DNA of 64,000 bases from Oikopleura dioica (Eukaryota > Animalia > Chordata), in the NCBI GenBank assembly GCA_907165135.1, contig OU015569.1, forward strand, positions 1,798,001-1,862,000, given 5' to 3'. A program made the position numbers and the translations under genes. Each line of letters opens with the position of its first letter. Within the stretch, counting starts at the first letter, position 1. Positions 1 to 11,241 of the stretch are shown piece by piece. The notes under the pieces are model-generated. The model saw only the letters and a list, made by a program, of their open reading frames with translations, ran no database searches and was not told the DNA's origin.

Positions 1-348
1 TGAAACACGAAAAAATCAATCTAACTGTAACTTACTAGTGATGACTGTAACTGTAACTTTTATTCTCATTCTTTCTATTTTTATTTTGCCAGTACTGTAC
101 TGTGATAATTAAATTTGTAAATTGGACTTGTTTGGACAAGTTCGCCTTGGAAATAATAAAAAAAATACACGTAAAAGTAAAAGTTGAACCATTCTTGTAT
201 GAACTCAAGTAAATGGCTTTCTTGGTGTTCCAGCAGAGCAAATCCAATAATTGATGATTTATATTCTTGTTCACGGCTTATACAACAAACATTCGATTGA
301 ACCGAAATTTAATTCAAAATATTTAATTAAATTAATCTAAAAATTAAG

Positions 349-458
349 CTTGGCAACCGGTGTAAAAACCTGAGTAAGGGTCTGAAAAATCCTTAATAAA
401 AAGCTGAAAATCTTTCAAACCCTGACTCAGGTTTTTGACACAGGTTTCCGAGTCCAAG
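349..458. mobile_element. Degenerate, internally deleted copy of the CTGGGCTCGG palindromic MITE family
   Basis: Imperfect inverted ends (aacc-gtgtaaaaacctgagt-agggtctgaaa / tttcaaaccctgactcaggtttttgacacaggttt) match the arms of the copies at 5080 and 5972. Confidence 0.75.
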
Positions 459-966
459 TATCTCAATTCAAGCATTTTGAGCATAAAATCAAGTTTGCCC
501 TACCTCCCCCTTAATTTGTTTACAAGCGTATATATTGTGCAATATTTGGCTATTGGAACTAACCAGCTGTCACGTGTTTAGCAGGCGCTTTTCCTCCGCA
601 TCAAAACACGAAAAAACTGCGTCTTCGCCTGAAAGTGAGGCGTTGTTGACGGAAAAACGGCGCGGCGGAAATTCGAAAAGCCAAAATCGTGTTAGACTCC
701 TGATCTCCGGTCTGATAAGGGGAAATTTATCCAATTGTCAAGTTTGGCTCTTGATTTGCATAATTACGGCTTGGACGAGAATGCGCTGCACAAGCAATGC
801 GCTGCGGACGCGCTGTTTACTTGTTTGGACGAAGCCGTCATTCGCCGGAAGTACCGCCGCTGACAAAAGCTAACCAGATATACATATATGCCCATCTATA
901 ATAGCATAAACGTTTTAAAGGCCCTATCATACTTTCAAGACGCGCTGAGGTGTCGTTCATAAATTT

Positions 967-1090
967 GACGGCGATGATTTTAGTACCGCAAATCCGACTT
1001 TAGTACAAATCCGACAATGGTACAAAAAAAATATTTGTACTAAAGTCGGATTTGTACTAAAATCGGATTTGTACTAAAATCGCCCCCGTC
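967..1090. mobile_element. MULE-like MITE with 9-bp TSD
   Basis: Ends GACGG...CCGTC; 9-bp direct repeat cataaattt at 958-966 and 1091-1099; interior made of inverted arrays of a ~16-bp tagtacaaatccgact motif. Confidence 0.85.
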
Positions 1091-1108
1091 CATAAATTTT
1101 TATGGAAA

Positions 1109-1405
1109 TGTTAACATGTGAGAAACAAGGTGGGAAACACTCGTAATTGCGTTCTAGAGCAATTATTTGTTTCCCACTTCGTTTTTGATTGAAAAAGAAG
1201 CAAGTGAGAAAGACTTGAGTTTCTAGAGATACAAGAAACTTGACGGCGTTTATGACAAAAAATAATGATCTCCAACAATTTCGAATATCTCTAGAAACCC
1301 CTGTCTTTCTCACTTCCTTTTTTTCAAAGAAAAACAAAGTGGGAAACAGATAAATTACCTAGAACGATTACTAGAAGTGTTTCTCACCCTGTTTCTCAGC
1401 TAACA
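1109..1405. mobile_element. Degenerate foldback/MITE
   Basis: Imperfect inverted arms of ~120 bp (tgagaaaca...tttctagagata vs tatctctagaaa...tgtttctca); no clear TSD. Confidence 0.65.
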
Positions 1406-1954
1406 AAAACATGAATAAATGAGCATCTACTGACGATGATGAAGATTTTGGTGTTCGAATGATGGCAAATAATCAACCGTAATCTGCTAAGCTAACTTTT
1501 CTGGCACATTATTATTCCTCAAACTGGCTTGAGCCGCGACAAAGTAGCAGGTGCAGCTTTGGGCCGCGCATTTCGCGAAAATTGGCTAAAAATATTATCC
1601 GGGTTGGGCGATTTTGACGGAAGTGCAACCACAATCGCGTGCACCTGTTTGTCCATTTGCTTTTTGCCATTTTCCTCGGCGGCGCATTTCCTTTCTATTT
1701 TTGGAGGCGAACCAGCGGACCGGATGTCCGACTGCGAAGACTTCCCTTGGCGCCAAGTCAGTAATATTAATTAAGATAATCGATTATGTCGCGCAAAGGT
1801 CGCCAAAGGTTCCACTCCGCTCTGAACTGATCAACGCCACATTAGATTACTCGCATCGAAAATCATCAATTCGACGACACTAATGCTCAAGCCAATCTTT
1901 TCTATTCAATAAAAACTATCAATTGGGTCCAAATTATCGCCGTACCTTCGGAAA

Positions 1955-2239
1955 CAGAGTTGCAAATTTTTTCTGAGCTGAGCTAGCTGAGCTGAGGTTG
2001 AGATTGAGCTGAGCTGAGCTGAACTGGCCCCATTTAAAAACAACTGAGCTGAGCTGAGCTAGCTGAGCTGAGGTTAAAATTGAGCTAGCTGAGCTGGCTC
2101 TCTTCGAAAACCATTGAGCTGAGCTGAGCTGAGCTAGCTTTCTTCATTAAAATTGAGCTGAGCTGACCCTCACCTCAAAATTGCTGAGCTGAGCTGAGGT
2201 GTAGCTCAGCTCAGCTAGGTCACAAAATTTGCAACTCTG
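1955..2239. mobile_element. hAT-like MITE filled with (GAGCT)n repeats
   Basis: TIR cagagttgcaaatttt / aaaatttgcaactctg; 8-bp TSD ttcggaaa at 1947-1954 and 2240-2247. Confidence 0.9.
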
Positions 2240-3189
2240 TTCGGAAATTGATTTTGAAGTCGTCAATTTTCAGTTTCCTACATTTTAAAATTGCCAATCT
2301 TGGGCACAAATGGCGAAGGTTGAATGACAATCTTGGAGATAGGTTGCAGATGCATGATCGACAATTTCGGAAGGAGCTCTAGAATTCTAGTAGCGAAGGC
2401 AGTTCATGTTTAGGTAGCGCAATAATTAGGCGAGGCGAATTTCAACCGCCAAGTCAATTCTAATTCAGATCCAAATTCAGCACCAGGTAGAAACTCAAAA
2501 TCGTAAAGATCTGAAATTCAAAATTCCTCGCAGCTGACTCGCAACTGACCAAAATAGAGAAGCAAATGTGAAAAGTGAATATCCACGAAGGAAGCAATCA
2601 CTTCCAATATGCTTAGAAAAGGTCGCGAAAACTGCTGAAAATGCCATTATACACAATGACCAAGGTTGAATCATCATTTCTTCAAAAATTCAAGTGAGAA
2701 GAACTTGGATAATTCTAGAGAGCTTATTTTGCCAGTAAAATCTTCCTCATCGTCGGGTTTTCGAATTACATGTATTGATTTGTGGTATTCACGCGCTGAT
2801 TGCTGGGGTGTTGGATTTGGTGGTGCCAGGTGCCCCAACAGAAGGGCTAAGCATTAGCCGGCGCGAGCAAATAGCCAGTTACACATACAGGTCATTCGAC
2901 ATTTATTATGCTTCGCTTGACCCTTCTACTCTATGCACATGCTCCTCCATTCTCCTCACACTTGTGTGTTTACGCCAAAACAGCGCCAGAAAGGACACAA
3001 GGTGTCGTCTGTGTTTGGCTTTCTGACTTTCTTTGACAAATAATTTGATTTCCAAAGACAAACGCCACCTGAGTGAGCATTTTTTTTTCTTACGGCTACT
3101 TTGCTCAATACTTGCTACAGTAGAAGTATTCTATTTGTAAATATAGTACTCTCTACTAATGAAAACGCTAATCTTAACACCGAAAATTC

Positions 3190-3346
3190 GGGAAGGTGTC
3201 TGGAACCGACAAAAAAATTTCGACAAATTTTGCGTGGAAATTTCCAACCAATCAGAAGCCTGGATTTGGCATACCGGCCAATCAGCAGCCGAGTAGCCGC
3301 CCACACAAAATTTGTCGAAATTTTTTGTCGGTTCCAGACACCACCC
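3190..3346. mobile_element. MULE-like MITE with 9-bp TSD
   Basis: ~43-bp TIRs (ggtgtctggaaccgacaaaaaaatttcgacaaattttg); TSD cgaaaattc at 3181-3189 and 3347-3355; two CCAATCAG motifs inside. Confidence 0.88.
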
Positions 3347-3867
3347 CGAAAATTCTAGGGTTTAAAGCCCTTGAGGACAAGAAAGTTTGATTCATGCTGT
3401 TTCTAAACCCAATAAATAGACAATTTGTTTTGCGATGAAAATATTTTATTAGACTAATGTACAGCGAGGAATGCAGGAAAACTGCTTTGACAAAAAAAAT
3501 GTATTTGATTTAAAAATTGTTCGAGTTTTGTTGTAGGGTCGGGAAAGGACAGTTTTGCTTGATCTTGGCAAGTTTTTTGTGTGACATACAGAAAGGAAGA
3601 GAATTGACAGTAATTGAATTGAGAACATCTAAGAGAACGTCTAGTGCCATTTTAGCTCGCCACTGGCGCCCCATTTCGCTGGGTCGAGTCCTTGGAGGCC
3701 AGCGAATTGGAGAAGAGGGTTTTGAGCCGCGGGCGTGTTCCCAGCCGCGGAACCGGGCGGTGTGGGGAGTGAGAGCTGGCTCCGAGCGTATGCTGACCAA
3801 TCGTAAGCCGCTCCTTCGCTAGCGCTAGAATATGCAGTTAGAATTCATCAATCACTCGTTCAGGGAC

Positions 3868-6800
3868 TTACTTTGGCGGGGGTAAATCACCAGAGCTCAT
3901 GGCCGAGTTTCCCAGCGGATAATAAGGGTAACTTGTCGGCGCTGGATATCCGGGTAGCGAGGGCATCGCTGGAAAACCTTGAGGAAATGATGTCGGTATC
4001 TGTGGTCTGGCGGTGGCACTGTGCGCACCCAGTGGGCTTGAAGATGTGTTGAGCGAAACGGCCATCATTTGGCGCTGTACTTTGCGGAATTTGGCGCGGC
4101 GGTTCTGGAACCAAACCTGAAAATAGACTTATCAATCAATCAAAATAAAGGGAAATAATTAACATTGCTTCGATAATAAGTTATTTTTTATGTTATTAAA
4201 AGTTATTAAAAAAAATAAAGAATTAAAAAAAAATATTTATTTTATAAATTTTAAATTTGAATTTTTTATTTTCTAATTTCTAACAATTATTTGTGAAGAA
4301 AGATTTGTCAGTTGTCTTTGGAAAGAAGAAAATAGAAAGTGTTGGAAAATGGACCGCAAGAATTATTTTGAATTTTTGAAAATTCACCTAGAAGGTGCCG
4401 CATCTCGATTTCACAGTTTCGCATTTAACGCTGCTTAGCTCTTTTCTGCGGTTCTGCTTAGGTGAGAAAATTCAGCTAGCAGGACCGGAAGTCGGGATCA
4501 AAGGGGACGCACGTGACTTTATTATTTTGGAACTTTGCCGTTGGGAAGTGGATGCTTTTCGCTAAAGCGGAAACAAAGCAGAAAACCTAATTACCCCAGC
4601 GCTACAAATATCACGTAAAATCTCGAAAATAAATGCGTCTCCTTCTTCACTTCCGATCGGGGCGAAATGCGAAAATACCAGCGCTGCGCCATCCTTTCCG
4701 TAAATATTAATAATCTAATGAGAGGGCATTTTAGTCACGTTCCAAACAGTTTCGCAACAGAACGGATATCAACCCCGTTGACAAAACAAATTCAATTTAG
4801 ACGTTTGTTTTAATCTTCAGGAAACGAGTTGTTTTGGCTCCTAGTTCTTTATATATGTTTCAAACTCAGATGTCAGCTTACTAATTATGTTTATTAAATG
4901 CTCAACAAAACTTTTTCCTCCCTCAACAATTCAATACGTTTTATAATTAACAACTAGTAATTTTTATTGGTTTGACGCCCTTATACTAGGCAATAAGGAT
5001 TGGAAAGAATTTTGATAAGGATTGAAACTTTATTATCCCGAGTAAAAATAAGGGTGTCACTGCGCTAGTATGGTCCATACTGGGCTCGGCAACCTGAGTA
5101 GAAAACCTGAGTCAGTGTCTGAAAGAGCAAAGATGAAAAGCCGCGTAGCGGCTTTTTTAGAAATGAAGCCGCAAAGCGGCTTCGCCAGAATTTAAATATA
5201 AGATGGAAAAATATTTTGCGAAGCCGCTTCGCGGCTTCGTTTCTTAAAAAGCCGCTACGCGGCTTTTCATCTTTGCTCTTTCAGACCCTGACTCAGGTTT
5301 TCTACTCAGGTTGCCGAGCCCAGAGTATGGACAAAATACCATATTTGAGGATTGACGCGGATTTGAACCATAAGTTATGGTCCATAACTATTTCCTTAGT
5401 ATATAATTTATTTGAGAAAAAAAAACAATAAAATTCTCGTTGAATACTTTTGACTACTTCGAGGGTCTCGAAAATGGAAGACTCCTCTAAGTGTTACAGT
5501 CATTTAAAAAGTATCTTTAATTCTGAGCGAGGCAAAAATGCCGTGACTAGGCAATTTGCTTTCAACAGGACTAGCGGCGCTGGAGCCTTCGGACAAACCG
5601 GAAACGCGAATTTCACACTTCGTCGGGGAAAATAAATTGGCGAGCCCAGGCGCACCTGCTGACTCGCCATCTCGTGACAAAAGTGATTAATGTTTTTCCC
5701 TTCGCCATCAACACCACCACCGCGAGGTGCAGGACTACGCCCTCTAAAATTTACACCGCAGCCAATGAGCAAGTCTTACGCCCGTAATAATTTATAAAAA
5801 TAGCTCCGCTTTTTAAAACAAATATTTTAAAACATCTGTAAAAAAAGAAACAAATAAACGATTTTCTTTTTATACATCAAATTATAATTAAACTATTAGC
5901 TCGTTGATTTGTGCAAAACATTTTGTTGGCCCTTATTATAAAATCTGAAAAATTCTGAAGGGAGTTAGAGGCTGGGCTCGGCAACCTGTGTAGAAAACCT
6001 GAGTCAGGGTCTGAAAGATCTATAATGAACGCTCTTTAAACGAAGCCGCGAAGCGGCTTCGCCAACTTATTATTTCAATAAGTTGAAAAATTCTGGCGAA
6101 GCCGCTTTGCGGCTTCGATTTTAAAAGCCGCTACGCGGCTTTTCATTTTAGATCTTTCAGATCCTGACTCAGGTTTTCTACACAGGTTTCCGAGCCCAGG
6201 TTAGAGGTAAAAGAAAAGCCCCAGAGTTAAAAAAATAAACGTTTCAAAAGAAGGTGAGTAAAGTCGAAAGAAGAAAAGAAATGAAATTGGGGGCTCGTTC
6301 ATTGTTTGGAAAGTTTTTTTGGTGGTGGTTGATTAGTACGCGTTTGATTTGTCACGGCTCGGTATAATTACGGTGTTTGGGTAAAAAGGCGGGCGGTGGT
6401 GCTGGTGTTGATTTGGTGTACAAATAGCACCTGTGTTTGGCGTCCACTGCGTCGGGCCAGTTCGAAAGAGACTGAAAGCCGCGCGATGGCGTACTTTGAT
6501 CCCACGGTATCAATCCTATTCCAAAATCAAACCCCGTTGAGTTAATGAAATCAGGCAGCTGCTGTTTTACGAAAATACGAATTTCGCCAGTCGATGATCT
6601 GTCACTCGCGCCCGAGACCGGCCACCGTTAAAATCCGATTTACTAACGATACTTATACCTTTTAAATACCCACTTTTATCATGTACCTACCTAAGTTTTC
6701 ACTAATAAAAGAAAAAGTCATATTGAACAAAATCACCCAAATTCAATTATTCTAATCAGTGTTCCTAAAAGAAAATAATCTTTGGAATAAAATTATTTTC

Positions 6801-8150
6801 TCAGAAGCCTTTTTGATCACCTTTTTTAACATAAAAAAAAATTATTAAAAAAAAAAATTTATTGACCGAGAAATTTATTTGTACTTTCACTTTCTTCCCC
6901 AGCTGATATTTACTAATTATTATTCGTAAAATTACTCGAAACGGGTTAATAAATAGGTTGCTATTAATTAATAAAGAGATAAAAAAAGCTACTATTAATG
7001 TAAATATCCAGAAAAGGGCTCGATCGAAAATGCCTTTTTATATAGATGAAAGTATTCTTCAACCCATATACATTTATTCAGATCTTAGCCAGTTAGCAGC
7101 CGAGCTTCTTTGTTGATGATAAGAAAGTGGGGGTAAGGTGTAAGTGAGTTATGCAAGAGGACTTCTCCAGCACAAAGTTCTGATTGAGTAGATTAAAATT
7201 GAATTGGCGCGGGTGATAGAATTTAAAAAATTCTATTTTTCAGAAAGCAGATTGTCAAAATTCAATTGTCAAATTTCAATGTGAGCATGTAATTAACCAA
7301 GTTATTTCTGACGAGAAAGATCCACTTTTCAAGCCCTTACTTTACAAACAATCTTTTTACGTAAAAACGAGAATAAAAATAGCTCTATATAGCTAGTAGA
7401 GTTCGGAACGGATTTTATGCTTGGCTAAGTTGAAGCTTTGATTTAGCTGGTACATAAACAGATTACGTAAGCTCTAATTAGGCATGAACTAATCGAACAA
7501 TTTACACAATACTGCCGGTGTTTACCTGAATTCTAGCTTCGGTGAGCTTCGTTCTTGACGCCAGTTCTTCTCTGTAGTAGATATCTGGATATTGCGTCTT
7601 GGCGAAGGCACTTTCGAGCAGGTTTAGTTGATCCTGAGTGAATGAGGTTCGATGTCTACGTCTGGCCGGGGTCGGATAAGGGTACGAGAAACAGCGCTCG
7701 TTTGCGTTGCCGACAGAAGACGTGTAGTTGGGCGATTCTTTGCCGCTGTCCCGCGACTCTGTTTTTGGCGGAGAAGCAGACTTGGAATCTGATAAGAACG
7801 GTCAAGACATGCTCGCGCGTCGTGGAAAGTTAGATTTCTAGCTACTACTGACTCGAGATCGGAAAGAAAAATGGATTTATAATGTCATTTGCAAATGTTG
7901 CGTTATGTCGCGCTCGTTGAAAAGCGGACTCTCCAAGTTTCGAAAGGTCACTTTCGGCTTTTGTCACTTATTATTTTTTGTCTTGCCCGTTTCCTGAAGA
8001 AGTTTGCTCTTCTAGTGGCGGTGTCTCGATTTCGGCAACATGAGCGTGCAGCGCCTGGTTGTGCGCGTCCCCGATCCAGGGAGTGTCTCCAAAGGCGACG
8101 GAGGAGGTGGAGTTCTGAGCTTGAACTGGGCCCACGTCCGAGTTCGTCAT
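3868..8150 (-). CDS. Prop: Paired-like (Q50) homeobox protein, Prop family
   Basis: Exons 7788-7526 and 4116-3868 splice in frame (GT-AG) to [46 protein letters not shown]|[12 protein letters not shown], with the PRD-class intron between EARIQ and VWF. The 5' coding exon (~8150-7990) is tentative. Confidence 0.88.
5080..5323. mobile_element. Near-perfect palindromic MITE in the Prop intron
   Basis: ctgggctcggcaacctg...caggttgccgagcccag; ~110-bp arms. Confidence 0.9.
5972..6199. mobile_element. Second palindromic MITE copy with 8-bp TSD
   Basis: Same termini as the 5080 copy; TSD gttagagg at 5964-5971 and 6200-6207. Confidence 0.92.
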
Positions 8151-9396
8151 TGTCTCCTTGGCGAGAACAGGCGCACTCGGAACTGCGTTATCGACCAGCG
8201 CCGAAATGGTGATGTCTAAGCATCAATAGTTAGCGTTAACTCTCTTTCTCTCTCTTTTCTTTTTGTTTTGTTTTATTGATGATGATTGTGACTCTCACCT
8301 TTGGTGTTTTCGTGTTAATTAATTGGATGTTGATGAACGAAGTTTGCGTTAGTTTCTCTCTGTAATTGTAAGATCGGATGAATCAAACAGAATTAGCTGA
8401 TTGAATTAATTCGAGCGGATTTACGAAAAGCGCGAAAAGTAAAAGTGTTGAGCTGAGCCGCGGAGGGTAGACGGACAGGCGTCAATGGTGGAGCAGGCGC
8501 CGCCTCGTCTACACCACCAGAAGCGTAGCACCACCACACCCCACTCGTTGCTGCCACCAACGGACCACCACCGAGCTAGGCGACCTTTCAAAAACCAATT
8601 AGGGTATCCAACCAGACCGGAAGTCCGCAGCCAACGACGAAAATGACACTGTACCAATCGTCAACACCAGAAATTCGTGCGTTTCCATCGCTTCTTTCAA
8701 TAATTAAGAAACTTCGACAAAGTAAATTAGCAACCTCTTTTGAAAATTTTCTCTCAGGAAGATTTTCATGGCTTGAATTTAACAATTAAAAACTCAAGTT
8801 TTTGCAACAAAAGTCGATCAATAGAACTTTCTTCTTATAAGAGCAGTAGATTTTCTACTGTAGGATACAGCACTTTTACAATTGACTGCAGTTTTAGTTG
8901 AACTGCCCTTTTTCGACGGTTAAAGTTGCGGATTAGAATTCTAGCGTTGTTTCGTTTCTTTTCTTTTTCGCTCATTCGGGCTAATTAACTTTCCATAATC
9001 CCAACGCGCATCGAATTTTTTTTCGCCTTTTCCTCGGTGCTATTTGAAGAGTTACGTTTCAGGCTTCTCCTTCGAGGAAAATTTTTATTTTCAATATTAA
9101 TTTATTTGACTTCTCGCGAGTCAGAGTAGCGTCCCGCCAATTAGATATACATTTGACGTTAACCAAATCAAATCAAGTTTGACAAACGAGGACAGCTCGC
9201 CGCTGGGAGGCGCTGTTTGCGACCGAGTTCTCAAGAAATAGCAAAACTGCTCCTTGCTTTATAGACCCTTGTAATTGGGTTATATAAAGATCAAAGGAAG
9301 CGGCGCACGATGTATAGACTTGTTAGTTTTGCGCCGGCGTCAAAGTACTTTGGTGGAGGCACCGTGTGGATTTTGACACCTTGACCCACCGCCGGT

Positions 9397-9407
9397 TAAT
9401 TAGATTA
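9397..9407. promoter_or_regulatory. P3 palindrome TAATTAGATTA, candidate paired-class homeodomain dimer site
   Basis: Exact TAAT-N3-ATTA match ~115 bp upstream of a TATA-like tatataa (~9282) on the Prop 5' side. Confidence 0.4.
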
Positions 9408-9563
9408 AAGCACGCTATCCCTGCACAGCGCACAACCAACCCGCAATTCAGAAAGCAACTGAACTCTACATCAACAACTTTTATAAATGCAATAACAAAA
9501 AAATCATATCAGTAACTATTTTATTTCTATTTCACAGGGAAAATTATTGGAAAAGAGGTTCCA

Positions 9564-10578
9564 TCAGCGGCGTCGAATGATTTGTGCAAAGTAAGCATCT
9601 TTAACACGGTCAATTCTTACCACGTTATTGCGATTCTCTTGATCCTCTGTTTGGATACTGTCGTAGTTTGGAGCCTGAGTTTCACCAGGAAGTCGATAAA
9701 CCTTGAATTATTATTTTATCTCTTTAAAATCTAATTCTCATATAAATTGATTTACCTGAAGTGGAGGAGCCTCCATAATTCGCAATGGATCCTTGCAGCC
9801 GTTCGTCCTTGGGTTAACCCAGTTGAAGATGTAATTTCGCTCAATATGCTCCCAAGAGAATGGAGTCAAAACTTTTGGGCGACATCGGAATTCGGCCCGG
9901 CCATCTCCAGGAGTCTCTTGAATCATTATCACAGTCGCCATATTCAATTCAACACCACATTGAAAAGGAAATCTTGTTCGACATCCTTTAGGAAAGCTTA
10001 TTGTAGATTCAGAGATTAATTTTAGAAAAAACAAAAACTCTAAAAATATTTTAATTTTTTCTGAACCAACCCATAACGCTTGCGGAAGACTCTGAACCAG
10101 TTGTCATTGATCTTGGAGACGTTTTTTCGATCTAAATGTTATTTGAATTGAATTCAAATAATTTACACTACACTTTGCATTTCTGCACTTACTGAAAAAT
10201 GGTTGTTGAAGTGAGTTCTCTGCTAGTCGAATAACGTCATCCTTGTTAAACTTGCATCTCTTAGCATTAAAAGTGACTTTACATTGCAGGGCAAGAAAAT
10301 CTTCGAACTCGGTTTGCTCGGGATTGTCGCGCTTTTTTTCTACTCCAAAGTTGTCGTCTTATAATATTGAATGTAAAGAGTAAAATATTCATCTTTGCAG
10401 TACGTTCCTGATTCCTCTTTGTTATCTTGATGATGTTTCTCACGTTATGGAGCGAAATCGGCCTTTCGAACTCATCAGTAGCCCAGGTCATCAACTCTTT
10501 CTGCTTCATTGTCGGATCGGTATTTTCATACTTCTCCGCAATGAGCTTTTTGATGTCATCAGACAGTCCTCGTGGCAT
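9564..10578 (-). CDS. CENP-B/pogo-like tandem HTH protein with introns and no recognisable DDE domain
   Basis: MPRGLSDDIKKLIAEKYE...QKELMTWATDEFERPISLHNVRNII resembles the CENP-B N-terminal HTH; next exons give EFEDFLALQ...DVIRLAE...INDNWFRVFRK (Tc5-type HTH). Several short GT-AG introns; one 3' junction unresolved. Confidence 0.7.
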
Positions 10579-11241
10579 GATTCTCTCCTATTGTCTACAA
10601 AAAAGTAGTTTTACTTGCGAAAATTTTATATGCAAAACAGTATCTTTTAAAAATCTATCTCTGAGAAATAATGCACAAAACTCTTCCCAAGTTTGAAAAT
10701 GAAGAAAAAATCACGGGGCGCGGGCTTATAAGCTCTTTCTCCGAATCGAAAATGACGACCGGCACAAGAGTTTTGCTCTCTAGATTTTGCCCGCTCCAGA
10801 AAAGACCTATCCAGCCTGCGTCTCGAAACCGACTCAAATGAAATCAACAACGACTAAGCTACTGAAGCAAAACTACCAACTCCTGCACCGCATTTTCGAA
10901 CAGAAGAAACTGACACATTCAGATGAAACTACAGTCATTAACTGAGTTTCATCATTTCGATAGTTTTTGTTTTAAAAAATTGTTTATTGAAGTATTTGAT
11001 GAGAGCAAGAGAACTTGCTCTCACTGGAAGACTTTTTGTGAAGAAAGAATCTTGGTTTTTTGTCGCCCAATCACTAGAATAGCAATTGGACAGGAAGTTG
11101 AAACAATAAGGGAGGTGCCTGAAATATTTTTACGCTGGTTTTTGCCGCTTTTTGCAGTTTCTTACCTGGTAATCTTGATTTTTCGGACCCAAAATACGTC
11201 CTACCCACTCTTCAGGTGGCTAGAAAGTGAATGGCTGAAAT

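Noticed and set aside
50-290. Minus-strand open frame with IIGFALLEHQE, faintly like a MULE transposase segment
   Set aside because: Short, no start, no other catalytic residues; similarity too weak
1955-2239. Resemblance of (GAGCT)n to immunoglobulin S-mu switch repeats
   Set aside because: Bounded by TIRs and a TSD, so it is a MITE; no Ig-type genes in the window
2300-3050. Possible minus-strand multi-exon gene
   Set aside because: Protein-like fragments, but no consistent splice chain or family
9538-9590. Apparent plus-strand micro-exon (cacag|...|gtaagc)
   Set aside because: Overlaps the last exon and stop of the minus-strand HTH gene; likely chance
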